Below are positions 1 through 14,200 of a DNA stretch of 64,000 bases, one piece after another (the stretch's first letter is position 1; each line of letters opens with the position of its first letter). The position numbers and the translations under genes were made by a program. Below the pieces are notes generated by a model, which did no database searches, was not told the DNA's origin, and saw nothing but the letters and a program-made list of their open reading frames with translations. This DNA is from Tubiluchus corallicola (lineage: Eukaryota > Animalia > Priapulida): the NCBI GenBank assembly GCA_030141605.1, contig JAQGDQ010000233.1, positions 248,001 through 312,000 on the forward strand, written 5' to 3'.

Positions 1-1706
1 CCTTGCATAATAATTTTTCTGCATTATTGTGCAACAGAGTAAAATGCAATCATGGAGACAAAACACAGTCAAATGGTCTGTGTAATGTTATTAGGTCCAT
101 GTTACAGTCGAATGGCTGATCGAATCTGCCAAATATCATTTACCAAATCCGGGATGCTTAAATCCAACCGAATATCATATCCCAAATCAGATCTGGTGCA
201 TCACTACTAGACACCAAATTATTTAAAAGTTACACTCTAACTAATTAATAATTAAGTTCAATTTCAGTCTTGGTACATATTTTTTTCCCATAATCAAATT
301 CAATCCTAGTTCTTTTTCCCACATTGTATCTTTCATTCATGATGGTTACATTTCGGTCACCAACACTGAAACTAAACTTAAAAATAAAAATTTATCTATG
401 AAAAGATAATGCACTTGGTTGCACACATAACAATTATCATCGCACTAACTCCACAAGTGAGTAGGCCTAATTCTGCAGCATCACTTTAATTACTGGATAC
501 AGTTTCATCACAACAAACGAATAGGAAAGGAATGTTAGTATGCTAAAAATGACCACTAATGCATGGCAGGCATTAGTATTTATCCCCACCAAGCACAAAT
601 TTGAGTGAATACATCAATAGGTAAACATATTAAATCGCAAGTATTAATTTTGCACAACTAATTGTTCCACAGATGAATGGCACACAAAGTAAATTTGGCA
701 GATGAAAAACTTCAAGAATTGTAGCTAACAGTGCAAAAATTTATAAAAACACATAAAAAGCACAAAATAAAAACGAGAAACCTAAACTATTAGTACAATG
801 TATGGCAACATTAAAAAATATCTCCATCGCAGCTGCTGGTTGGACCAGAAAACAGAATTAATTTAATAAATTGTAAAGCTTAAAAAAATTATCTTAGGCC
901 TAAATACAGGTCTTATTGCATACACATCTAATATTAACAGTAACACTGTATAATGCTTGTAAATTTAAAAAACCATGCTGGGTGTCTGAAGTTAGATCAT
1001 CTGAAGAACACGCTTCATATACTAAGCAATGATATAAAAGAACTTATCTTTTGATGAACCATGGTGCAAACTGGGATGGAGAAACAGTGAGGTTTTACAA
1101 ATTGATGCAAATTTTGCTCATTAGTTACATATGTCTTTCAAACAGGAAAGCACAATGCTAACTAAAATAATTTTGTTAAGGAAAATTTTTGGGGACATAC
1201 TTTAAAATCCCCCTTTAGCACAACAATGACTGATTGGTGTGTTTGACATATTTGCAAATACAAATTTCAAGGCTATGCAGTTATACAGTGCCCCTTAAAT
1301 TTCAAAAATTAATAAAACATTGCATTATTCAATGCTACTCTAAAGTTAATGTACCAAAGAAATTCTGCAATGATACTGCACAGTGTGTATGTTGACCATT
1401 GAAAGTTTACCCAAAGGCTCTGGTATGTATGAATAATCACCTTAATGTGTACGCCTAATAAATAATTTGAATAAATTTAATTATCAATTAAGTTCAATTT
1501 GTCAACATCCCCATGTAGCACTTGTGCCCCATTGCCTTGCGCCGCCGCATTGCATACTGAATGCAGTATACAGCAGGCTGGTACCAGGTACACAGGGAGG
1601 CAACACACAGTGATGTTGCACACAGCAAGGCGGTATGTACATTGCATCACGGCACATGTAGAGGCAGTATACACAGACATCAAGCGAGTGCGAGGGTCCC
1701 GCGTTC

Positions 1707-1988
1707 TGTATAATCACGATTTACCGGCTGCAGTGGTTTAGGTTTAATGGGCTTAATCACATACGTATAGCTGACTAGATGACCAATTGGTCTTTTGCTA
1801 CCCTTTCTCCTGCACTCTCCTAACTCTTTTCTTTATGCATAGCTTATGCTGATTAATTAATAATTACAGCAATTATGGTATATTTGTATTCTGGTGTAAA
1901 TGAGGAAATAAATAAAAACGTCTGTATCTATGATTATACCGTACGTCTACGTATAACTATAAACGTAACGACGTATGATCATTATACA
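1707..1988 (+). mobile_element. Possible solo LTR
   Basis: TGTATAAT...ATTATACA terminal inverted 8-mers (TG..CA), internal AATAAA; no TSD seen. Confidence 0.4.
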
Positions 1989-2639
1989 AAAAAATACGGT
2001 AAATAATTAAATTACATAGAATGAAAGCAGCACAGTTAAAACTACTTTAACGCAAAAAATCAAAAAATTTTGTCAATCTAATACAGTTCATAAAATCTTA
2101 AAAAATAGAACACTAACACAAAAATGAAAACTTTTAACAGACTTCAGGATGCGACAATATGGGCGACCCTTCAAAATTCAATTCAATCCAACTTTATTTT
2201 CTCAATAATAGTTAAAAATTCGACATGATTATTTGACAATTTCAATGTAATTGAGCAGAACCAACAAAAGATTTGTTGGTCACTTGATCAACCGCTCCTT
2301 ATTAAAAATACAAGTTTACTTACAGGCGCAGAATTTTTTCAAGTGATTATTATACAAAAAACATTACCGTATTAAAAATAAATTTGGTATTAGATTATAA
2401 TAATATACTGAGTAACAGAAATGCTATTGTGTATGCTTAATCACTTAACAAGTCTAGCCAGATTTTTAAAGAGGGGAAAAATATAGTAAGTACAATTTCT
2501 CGAAAATTGAATACAAAGTTACATTTTGATACTAATAATAATATTTATAATACAGGCATAAATTTATGATAAAAACAGAAACAGTAATGTCAAAATGCAA
2601 TACAAAAAGCAAATCAGTAAATATATCTCATATCAAATG

Positions 2640-3170
2640 AAACAAAAAGCAAAAAAAAATCAAAGTAAACAAAAATTATCAAAGAACAAAAGGATTATAT
2701 CGAGCAAAACGCAATTTAACTCAAAGTAAAAAGAAGTTATCACAAGCAAAGCAAAACCGAGTTCGATTTAGAGCAAAAACTTATATCAAGTATAAACAAC
2801 AATTAAAAACAACTCAAAGCAAAAATTTTATAAAGCGAACAGTTCAACTCAAGATAAAAAGAAGTTATCGCAACCAAAGCAAAACGGAATTCAGCTTGGA
2901 TCAAAAAATTATATCAAACAAAAGCAATAAAAATCAACTCAAAGCAAAAATTTTATAAAGCGAACACAGTTCAACTCAAAGCAAAAAGATGTTATTGCAA
3001 CCAAAGTAAAACGGAATTCAGTTTGGATCAAAAATTATATCAAACAAAAACAACAAAAATCAACTTAAAGCAATAATTTTATAAAGCGAACACAGTTCAA
3101 CTCAAAGTAAAAAGAAGTTATCGCAAGCAACAGTAACAAAATTCAACTCAAAACTAAGCTAAAAAAATCA
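2640..3170. repeat. A-rich tandem repeat, ~127-bp period, ~3.5 copies, with internal subunits
   Basis: Units beginning aactcaa at 2718, 2846, 2973, 3099. Confidence 0.85.
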
Positions 3171-5939
3171 AAACAAGGCAGAATAAAATATATAATCTGG
3201 CAAGCAGAATTTATGTAATGCATCATTCAATCAAAAGGTTAAGCAGGGCTACATAATATTTTCACACAATAAATAAAGCTTTTTGAATACGGATACTTAC
3301 TTACTTGGTCCAAGTTATTTTAGCACGAGTTTTTACTTATTGTGAAATGTTTAAATTTTCAAAAAATACAAAAGACACCTGTAATTTCACCAATTTATCA
3401 TTGACTGGCCACCTTGATCTGCTGTTAGGGCGAGATGGGAGTCGTGCTAAGCTCTCGTGCTATTAAATTAAAATTATGCTATTAAATTTTCTTGTTTCAG
3501 ACAAAGACTGAAGTCAATTAAAACTATACAAATCAGTTAAATTGTGTCATATCATCTATATTTTGAAAGTTTATCAAACAGTAAAAAAATGAGTCATATT
3601 TGGCGTTTAATGTCGGACTGATAGATTATGGCAAAATAAAGAGCATGTTTGCTATATATACGTACGTGTCTTTTTACAGAACTCTTTTATTGTTAGCTGT
3701 TAAAGTTGTAAAACAACATTAATTTTAACGAAATGCCAGTATGAAGAGAGCTTATAATATTAGTAACGAAATGGAAAAATTGTCAAGCTCATCTGAATTG
3801 GCAAAGATGTGTGAAGAAACAAATGAAATTTGACTGGAAAAATGTCTAGCAACCAAATAAAATCAGAAATGCAAGACAACTGAAACAAATATGTTGCAGT
3901 AAAACATAATATTTTTGCACCATTTTAGATGTCTTAAAAAACGTTGTATTTTGCTGCTGTTTTTGAGAAATGGGGAACGAGTATTGTCTTACGTTTATTA
4001 TGTATTTTACTTATCTATCATGTCTATGTATTGTTATTATATAATATGTGTATATTGTAATAAAGTGATGTAAATTTTGTCTTTTTTTCATTTGTATTTT
4101 ATTTATCACATGGTACCAATGTATTGCATTATGTGCCTATCGCATCTACGCATGTAAATGAGTGTACTGAATTTTGCTTTTAGTCTTAGTTTTATGCTAG
4201 TTTATAGCTTTGCACCAGTCCACCGGATAGACGCATTTGCCTTTAATTAGCAAGTTTTAAAATTGGAAGTATTTTTAACACTGTGTATTGTAATTTGTTC
4301 AATGGCAAATAAAGTATAATAAATTATTCTCATTTATATAAGGCGATATAGTGTACATATTAATACATGTATTATCTTAACTTGCAAAATAAATAAATTC
4401 TCAAATGATTTCACAAATTTCGCCAAAACTTCGTTCTAAAAACCTTACACTGAAATTGTAATAGGAAACACTTCTATTATTTTGTCCCGTGGACAGTTGT
4501 GGGACAACTGAATTAACTTTTACAGGGTATAACATATCATTTTGCTATAGAGGGGAAAGGTGCAAAAACAATGAGAAATAGTTTGGAACAACTTATTGCA
4601 TCAAACTTTGCACTGCTCAATCAACATTGACCTCAACATTAAATTTGTAGTGTACATGTAGAACTCTTATGATTCCTATAATAGCCTGCAATTTCAAGCG
4701 GCATGCTCGGTACAGATCGAACTAAATGGCTTTGAAATTTTACAACTGTATGTTTGAGCGACACATTAGCGCAACGGTTTATTCTCCATTATCACTCATT
4801 GTTGTTGTGCACTCCAAGCAATAGGTAATATTATGCCCTGTATTTACTTATTGCAAATATGAGTCAGAGCAGACATATATGGGTTTTACATGAATCAAAT
4901 CAGCATGCAAAAGCCATTGTTTCTATTGTTCGGAAGTTTATATGTAGCACCTAATTAACAATGAGTCAATAGATATGATCCTGGCAATGCGATTTCTGAA
5001 TTGGATTGCCCTATTCAGGCATACAGGTGTAGCAAAGGTTCGTTTCACAAAAGGTTAGGCAACCGGAATATTATTTAGGGTAGATTCGTGCCAATAATTT
5101 TGCTCCATGTTACTGCAAATCCTACGATACTGCCTAAACACATTACATCACATAAATATTTAAACAGGTCTGTGGAAAGACAAACAAGTATTTTTTGCAT
5201 AATTTACAAAATGTCGACGCAGTGAATGACTGAGACAGTAGGTGACAAAGAAATCGGAAACTGCTTGTTGAAGCGGGTGGAGAATTAGAGAAATAAGCCT
5301 CAAATAAATGTACGTGGCAACAGTACGGGTATATATGTACATATGAAAGGAGAAAGAAAAAGTGAATTACCAGTGTGACTATATTGCATTATAGTCACAC
5401 AAGTAATGCATCTGACTATAATGCAAGCAACTATTTATATAGATATCATGTCATGTCAATTTTATTATGAAATTAATGTAACTATGTATACCAAGTTATC
5501 ATAATGTATTTCGCTATATTGTATTGTTGATGGTGTTTTCGTAATAAAAAACTTCAACTTCGAAGTTTTTCGAAAAATGAACAAGCTGGTCACCCCCGAT
5601 ACATAATGCATTAATTCAGCACTGATTGCAGCTGCAGCCACAGGTACACACCTAACCATATCGGTGAACACCGCTTATGTTATTACTCGAAGGGCAGATT
5701 CAACCTCAGGGGATTCAGCTGTTAGAAGCATAATTATGTGAATGACGATTTGTGTTACAGATCAAGTTACTGAAATAAGCTTTGAAGAACAATAAAGGTG
5801 CTACAGTGTTAATGAAATAGAACGCCCTGGTGCTCCCACTGTAGATAAGGTATAGCAGCGTGGCAAACCACGGAGTCCGACAGAAATTTTATTCTTCAAA
5901 GTTGGCAAACGTAAAAAGGTATACCACATTGCCAACACT

Positions 5940-6222
5940 GATGCACAAGCGCTGTAACTGTTTCAAAGGCGAAATTACAGAAACATTTTGGATATTAGAT
6001 GGCCAAAGAAAATTTCAAACAAAGATCTATATGAGAAAATAAAAGAAGAACCTTGGACAAGAAAAATAAAAAGACGCCGTTTAAGATGGATTGGGCATAT
6101 GCTTAGACTACCTGATGATGTCCCAGTGAAGATAGCTCTTCAACAAGCCATAGAACCAGCTAAAAAACCTTAGAATTCTGTCTGCCCAGTGTCTACAAGA
6201 GACGGGCATATGATGATGATGT
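5940..6222 (+). mobile_element. RTE-clade LINE 3' fragment
   Basis: ILDIRWPKKISNKDLY...IKRRRLRWIGHMLRLP, the typical RTE ORF C-terminus, followed by a (GAT)n tail. Confidence 0.8.
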
Positions 6223-6734
6223 AACATGATAAAACTAAAAATTTAAATGAAAATCGGACCCAAACCTAAACTGTAGTGTAAGTCAAAACAACATACTCTT
6301 TATTTTATAGATCTCATTTCCAGTTTCTGAGAATATGCAAGTCCTTCAAGACTGTATACTGAACTAGTCAATGTGTATCCTATAATTACAGTGTCCCTTA
6401 ATAATAGTCATAATTACACTAATTAATATAAAGTTTTGCAAACAATAGTCATTAATTATAGTATCTATTAGTATTAGTATTACTGCTAGCCAGTATCATT
6501 GCACAGCCAAAATCTCAATCAGTTTGATTAATAATATAATTGCAATAGTCGATCTGTATCTCATAATAGCTGGTAAAACTAAGTAGCAGAGTATCTGTTG
6601 TTTATATATATATATATGTATGATAGCAATCTGTAGTTCTACCTGCATATAATTTTCTTTTTGTACTTGCCAATGTATGTAATGTTAATTGCATATTTGC
6701 GCAATAAATTGAATTGATCATGTCAACAACTGGT

Positions 6735-6835
6735 ACTTGTACTTGTTCTAGAGCACGAATGTCTTTGAGGTAGTAAGGCCTAAGGGTCCTATGCCTAACT
6801 GACATATTCAAGACGTGGATGAAATTATTTAAAGT
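6735..6835 (-). mobile_element. CR1-type LINE ORF2 fragment
   Basis: PYYLKDIRALEQVQ motif. Confidence 0.55.
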
Positions 6836-6922
6836 TACTTTGTTAAAATAATTAGACTGTTATTGTTACTTTGCCAACATTAACTAGTTAAGTTTAAAAT
6901 TATTGTATTATTGTCAGCTGTT

Positions 6923-7541
6923 GGGTGCCGAGTAACTCACTAGCCAAAGTAGGATAATTGGCGTGTATGAGCTAGCTCAAGTAGGACGCATCATACATGG
7001 GCTAGCCCAAGTAGGACGCGTCGTACATGGGCTGCCCAAGTAAGACACTAGAGACAGGTCGCGAATTGAGTCGTTAAGCATACGGGCACCGTCCGTTGTC
7101 CTTGTTTATTTTAATAATAATAATTAAAAACGTCAATACACGTTGAATAATTTATTATACATCTGATAAAATAAAAGAATTTTATTCTGAGCTAGTAAAA
7201 TTAATAATTGCCAATATTAATCTTCTTTGAAGTGAAATAAGTACAGTTTTTAAGCGATTCCAAAATTTGCTTAAGATATATCATTTTTTATTTTGTCTTG
7301 CTTTGGATACTTAATTTAATGTTACGATGATATTAATGGAGCCAATAATAATGATGATATTGTTAATTGTCAAGGACTATCCATCATTATTATAAAGTTA
7401 CTTTTTCATAAATCTCGATTCTCGACAGAAATCACTAGTGCCCTACTTGGGCTGCCCATGTACGACACTGCTTTTCCGCAAATTTAGCCCATGCGTTTTA
7501 TCAGAAGTGTCCTACTTTGGCTAATGGGTTACTCGACACCC
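6923..7541. mobile_element. Non-autonomous DNA transposon (MITE) with ~34-bp TIRs and subterminal repeats
   Basis: gggtgccgagtaactcactagccaaagtagga at the left end versus the reverse complement of tcctactttggctaatgggttactcgacaccc at the right end; related inverted copy at 39830-40418. Confidence 0.85.
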
Positions 7542-8206
7542 TGCATCAGTAACTCGTTCTCATTACATGTACAATGGGCAGCGGGATTCATCAGAAAGTA
7601 AACAATTAGTATTAATAATCTCAGGTTTAACGTTTTGGATTGCTTGTTGTTGATAATAACTGCAGATGCAAAAAAAGTCTGCTGAAGTACCTGACAGGAT
7701 AAGCGTTTATATTGCGTGGAAACTGGATGACACAATTTTTTATTTAAAATGTGCGCACCCAAGTGTGAAGTGATTTCGACTCAATATTGAGTTTACTAGT
7801 TACACAACACACTTATCACAATTTATTGCTGAAACTTTCTAACATTTTTCTCAAATAAACTCAACTTCCTCAGAGACTTACCTTTTGCTTTGATGATGCT
7901 AGTGTATACAACATTAGTTTTTTCTTGAGTGACCTACGAATGATACAGTATTGCAATACTAATGTTGTTTATGATATCTTTATTATTGGTCTACGTTAAT
8001 TTATATTAATAACGACATATTATTATTACTATCTATATATCATTAAATGATTTTTCCATAATTTGGTCACTGAAAGAACTGAAGTGAATAACTATAATAA
8101 TAATTGTGTTATAACTATAACAGGAAAAACTGAGTACATGCGAAACTGGAGAGCAAGAAAAATCTGAACAAATCTATTTGAAATTTTCAGTGAATATGTG
8201 AATACC

Positions 8207-8223
8207 ATGCCCTGGTTTGAAAG
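8207..8223 (+). CDS. HEMK1: HEMK1 probable first coding exon (MPWFE-R)
   Basis: accATG at 8207, donor AG|gtaaag, phase 2 matches the next exon; an acceptor ttttcag ends at 8190. Confidence 0.6.
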
Positions 8224-11200
8224 GTAAAGAAATTTATTTTTTGGTATTGTTGGTGATTTTACCCCAAGAGGTTTTCTTTACACCAGGTTTATATTTAAGA
8301 CTAGTTAATGTATGGCAGAATACAAAATCCATGCAAAGTTTTATAAAATTTACTGATCTTTTTAAAGTAGATTTCAGTTAAATGGAAGATTTTAATTTTT
8401 CTTAATAAAGAACTTCTATGTTGAATAGACATTAATTATTGTGAATTGTGTTAAAGTCAAACTCATTGTAGTTAACTTTAATTTAACTTCCTATCTGTTA
8501 AACATGAATGATAGTGTTATTTACCATTACTGAATGTTGGGTGATGCCCTTACATGGTGACAGAAATTCCTAGTTGACACAAATATTGATGCTGCATGAG
8601 TATGCTGTCAGTGCTAACATACCTATTTTAGAAGTTGCTAATGATTCTGATTACTAGTGTGCAATCTTTTATGAGGGAATACATCATGTATAGTTTGTGG
8701 TGTGTTGCTCCCTGCACCACCATTAACACTTAAAAGCCAGCTGACAGCAAAAACCGCCATTGCTGTTTTGTTTCAAAAGCTATTAGTTGGCATATCCCAT
8801 CTTAATTGAATAAATGCAGACATGTGTTCACAACTGTCTAGTAGACTCCATATATCACTATAGGTAACATGCGTGAGTTGTAAACTCAGGTAACAGAGCT
8901 TTTGGCTAATTACCCATTTAAACAAGTAAGGCGAAAGTCTTTTGGTGTTGCAATATAGTTCACATTTTTTGTAACAAAGCTTGGTGATGCCATTTGTCAT
9001 TTTTCTAATTTTACAAAGAGGGATTGTTAATGCCTTTCTGTTATCCAGTTGTCCTTTTCTGTAGAAATGCAGCCAGTTCAGCTTAGAATTCATATTAAAC
9101 TTTTACTTGTTTAAATATTGAAATATCAATTCTAAACGAAAGTTATCATTTTATTAATTGCAGACGACTGGCACAGTCTGTTCGCAGAGTAGTGACATAC
9201 TGGTATCATATTTTTGAACAAGCCGGTATACCAGATGCAAAGTTTTCAGCTCATACTCTTGTCAGTCATGTTTGTGGACAGAAGGTTGGTTTCACACATA
9301 ATACAGTACTATCATATTTTCAAATTTGACTAAATGAATACCTGGATAAGAAGAGTTCTGTGGTCACAGTATTTACTTGGGTAAGAAGTTAACCAACGAT
9401 GAATCTGGTTAGTAAATAGATGTAAAGTGCCAAATGTATGATTGGGCTTTTTTAGCTACAATGCTTCCCCTTGACTATTTGTGTGCAGGGTGTGTATTCA
9501 TCTAAATGTGATTAAGATGCCGCTGCAGTTTACACATTGAGAGGATTATCCTTGATAATGAACTAGTTCCACCGTGCTGCAATTATCTAATCTTCAATAA
9601 AAAGGCCCAGTAGTTGCTTGCTGAATGCTAACTGCATGGAAAAGGAAATATTTGTAACATGTATCAGATAATAAACGAGTAAAGGTGCACATTGTTACCT
9701 GAAAGAAAGTGGCACTTTAATGCAACCAGAATTTTCATAGCGAGAGAGTTCTGAGAAATTTGAGGTAACTTCTACTACGTACGTAAGATTGTTGGGGGAA
9801 TTTCATCAATTAATTTTTGTCAAATTTATTTTATTTTTTGTTTGTCGTTTTTACATGTATTTAACATCTACTGGCCATCTTGCACTCACAAGACACCGAT
9901 AATTTATTAGATTAGATGTACAAGTATGATATAGAAGATGCTGTCAAACTTGTTTTGATTGGACACTATTGCTGAACAAGATCAGTTAACTGAGTTGCTA
10001 ACATTAGCACTACTATGATTGATGTGCTTTCAGATTTAGATACTGCTGTTAATGTCACCAGTTTTATTAATATAATATTGCTAGTAGAAAAACATCCTAT
10101 CCGAAAGTTTGTTAATGACTGTCTTGAATAACTGAACATTGTTTCTCTTATACTTATGGTCATTTGACTTTTTTACACTTTAGCAGAATTAACAGGTTGA
10201 CTACCAACTACAAGTACACTATTGTGGTGGTCCATCATATACTGTTATGAGTATACATGTAGTTGATTAAATGATACTGTACTGTGCACAGAAAAGTTTG
10301 GCAGTCTACCAACATAGGGGAGAGTCGGGTATATTGAACCCCTTAAGGAACCTACTTCACTACATCAAAATTAAGACATGCAGTGAGAAGCTCTCTTGAT
10401 GAAACAGTGCAGTTTAGGCATAGATTTCCATATACTAAATTTGGAAGTTCTTAGATTAAGTTTTTGCGAGAAATAGTAAATTTAAATCTTTACGTATCAG
10501 TCCAGTATAGAAGACCTGCAGTCAATCTTTATTGGACTGAACACATAAACAATATATAGATAGTTATAATACACATAAATTAGTATAAAGTGATTAAATA
10601 CTTGTTAAAAATAATAAACTTCGGTCATTATCAATATTATCAATATAATTTTTTGATTAAAAAATTAGATAATGTAACTAAGTCACTAAGGCTTTCCCAT
10701 AATCATTTCAAGCCAGTTTCCATATTTACATCCAAACCGACAAATCAAAATGTTTTAAATTCATTCATATATTGCAAATAACTTGTAAGACTTAATAAAT
10801 TAATTATCCTGTTTATTAATAATAGTACTAAAACAGTACAATGAGCATACAATATACGTTATAACTGGAATAACCTATATTGGGCCACAGGTCGCCTATG
10901 TTCGACCTTTGTATATCTTATGTCCCATATCCTATATTAGACTTTTGGCTACAATGCTTCCCCTTGACTATTTGTGTGCAGGGTGTGTATTCATCTAAAT
11001 GTGATTAAGATGCCGCTGCAGTTTACACACTGAGAGGATTATCCTTGATAATGAACTAGTTCCACCGTGCTGCAATTATCTAATCTTCAATAAAAAGGCC
11101 CAGTAGTTGCTTGCTGAATGCTAACTGCATGGAAAAGGAAATATTTGTAACATGTATCAGATAATAAACGAGTAAAGGTGCACATTGTTACCTGAAAGAA

Positions 11201-14200
11201 AGTGGTACTTTAATGCAACCAGAATTTTCATAGCGATAGAGTTCTGAGAAATTTGAGGTAACTTCCATAAAAGTAGTTTTTGATTATTTATACTGCTTTC
11301 TGCCATTTACCTCATGCACGAGTTAACCAAAATCAGGTGTTCAAAACAATTAGGATTGCAGTCCTATTCAGTTTACAGAATTTGCTTTTGTTTCCAATTA
11401 CAGTTACAGGCTGCAGGAAAGCATACTAAATTATCAAGCTCTCAGTTAGCCAAGTTGCAACAGCTGTGTGAACAAAGGCTTAAGAGGTATTAAGGTAAAC
11501 ACTCTGTAGAAATATAATATTAGAAAAATCCATTTGGTAACTGGATGACAAATCCTGCATGAAATGTCATGTGTTCTAAGACTTTATACATGAGAAGCCT
11601 CATTTTACCAAAATGCTGGTGACATGCCACACACAGAAAATGTGTTCCATATTCTTGCATGTTGGCGTATTTTGCACAAGTTTGTTGATTGTCTGTAAGA
11701 TTGCCGTCCCACATGTAACGGAAATTTCTTGTATGATTAAATTTTGCATTCTAAATTTTTCTTAAAGTTAATGTATTTTGTACTTTGCACAGTATGTAAC
11801 TGCATAGTTGTGCAGCGCTCAGATTTGATGTTAATTTAATAAAAAAATTATTGCATTTGGTCATTTAGTTAAGATCACCTTGTGAGCAAAAAATGCAATA
11901 ACTTTGCTTAAAAAATCTTCACTGTAATGCAAAAGTAAACATGAGGTAATATGCAATCCCAACTGGTTTACAACTTTTCAGTGTCCCTTTTTCTTCAACT
12001 CATTACTCACATAGGTAATAATTGTTTTAAAATAAGCCACAAAGGTTTATCAATATTCTGGCATTCACAATCATGATCTAATTAATGATTGTAATCATTA
12101 GTCTTTACTCAGAATGTGGGAATGTGTGCAGCAGAAGTATATATATATATATAATGTGACGTAACTTGTTAAAATATATGCCAAATTAAAACCAATAGCT
12201 AACATGATGTTTGAGCTCAAATCCCAAATCACGATTGAGCTCAAAACCACAACTGTACCAAAAGGAAGGTACCTTATTAAGCACAGAACTAACCAGCTAA
12301 CAGGAAACAAATTACATGCCAGAACTGAGTGAATATTAAACAACATTATTATAAAAGTGTTTTTAGCTGCCAGAGATTCTGAGTGTGGAATTGAGTTAAT
12401 TTAGGGAATTCTGTCCTTAACAAGTGAAAGTGGCTCACTAAAAGATTATACAGCATAACTAATGTTATAGTTGTCTGCACACTGAACAAAACTTCTTGGT
12501 TTTGTTATCAAATGCTATATTACATTTGCTCATTAATTTAGTAAGTGTAACATATACTTTTGTACTGCATATTTTTGCAGAATTCCTCTTCAGTACATAA
12601 TAGGCGAATGGGACTTTAGAGATATTACCCTAAAACTTCAGCCTCCTGTCTTGATACCGAGACCAGAAACTGAAGTAAGTATTATTTAAGTAAATTTTTG
12701 GCAAACCATTGAATCACATATAGCAATACTGCATCGATTTCGGTTAATTTGGTGATGTGGGTGATCATCCGTAAAGTAAAATTATAGATGATAGTAAAAG
12801 TAAAAGTAAAAAATCATGAGTAATGAATACTTTACAAAATATTTAATGTATTCCAGATAGCAATTGATGGTGTGATTAAATAATTTTATGTTTTCTGTTG
12901 TAGAATAAAGTTCAATTTACAAAATTTTAATGTCACAGATATTTCAGTTGAGAATGGTTTAGAAATAAACCTCACTTTCCTTGTTTTAAGTAAATCTAAT
13001 GAAAAGCAGTAAAATGCTGGGTTTTATCAACGGTTAATTTTCGTATTAACGCTAAATTCATATGTCAGCCCACATTTATTATACTTGTCAATGTAAAGTA
13101 ATATTTAAAAACTATTTTACAGGAGCTGGTAGAATTAGTCCTTCATGATTTAGAAGAAAATTATACAGTTGGTGCAGACATTTTAGAAATTGGCTGTGGT
13201 AGTGGAGCGATATGTTTATCTTTACTTAAAAGTCGACTAAAGGTACTTTGCATTGCATTTTTTCATTTATTTCACTAGAAGTCATTATGGTGTGACCAAT
13301 AAATTTGGAAATACTATCAAATTATTTTTTACAACTTAGTTACTGAATTACAAAGCTGAAGAAACTCATTGGTTGATTGACTTTCATAATTTCAGTTTTG
13401 TTTTAGGATTGTGTGGTAGCCATTGACAGCAGTACCGAAGCCTGTGAACTGACAAGAATAAACGCAACTGAGCTTGGTTTAATGGCAAAGAGACTGACAG
13501 TTTTACATGAGAAAATATCTATAAGTATGTAATCTTGCTGTTACTGTTTTCTGTAGCTTTTATGTTATATTTCTTGTGTACAGTTTAGAGAACTGTAATC
13601 CAAAGCCCAAGATAGAGTAGCAGGGTCTACTGCTGACACTGAGTGGTTCAGTGGGTCAGAATCTCATTACCAAGCCTTTTAAAATGCAATGCTGAAGCAT
13701 GATCTGCAGTGGTATTTAAGACATGTTTAGATATGCACAGTGTACAGTTTAGATATGTACAGTACGCTGGTTCGTGGGCCACAATCTCATTACCAAGGCC
13801 ATTAATATGCGAATCAGCAGAGGCATTTTAACCATTTTCAGGTGTACAATTTACGCTCTGGTTTGGTGGATCAGAATCTCATTACCAAGGCTATTAATTT
13901 ACGAATCGGCAGAAGCATTTTAACCATGTTTAAATGTGGAGAATGTACACTCTAGTTTGGCGGCCAAGTTAAAATGCGATGCTTGAAGTGTAAATCTGCA
14001 GGGGTATTTTAACATTGTGTATAGATGTGTACACTCAGCAGGAGAAAAGTTCAGATTTGGCAATTTCTGACTGGTCACCAGTCCATTGAATAACTAGGCC
14101 TTGCATTGTGTAACTTAAAGGAATTTCTCTCTATTAAAGGATACACTGTGACTGCTTTGCTGTTCTCTTTGCATCAGTAGACAAAACCCCGAGGTTTTTA

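Noticed and set aside
4960-5345. Minus-strand gene start (strong acceptor at ~5170 and short ORFs)
   Set aside because: All downstream frames close within ~25 codons and resemble no protein I recognise
13640-14040. Regularly spaced 15-bp core resembling a CRISPR array
   Set aside because: The intervening sequences are similar to each other (minisatellite), it lies in a eukaryotic intron, and there are no cas genes
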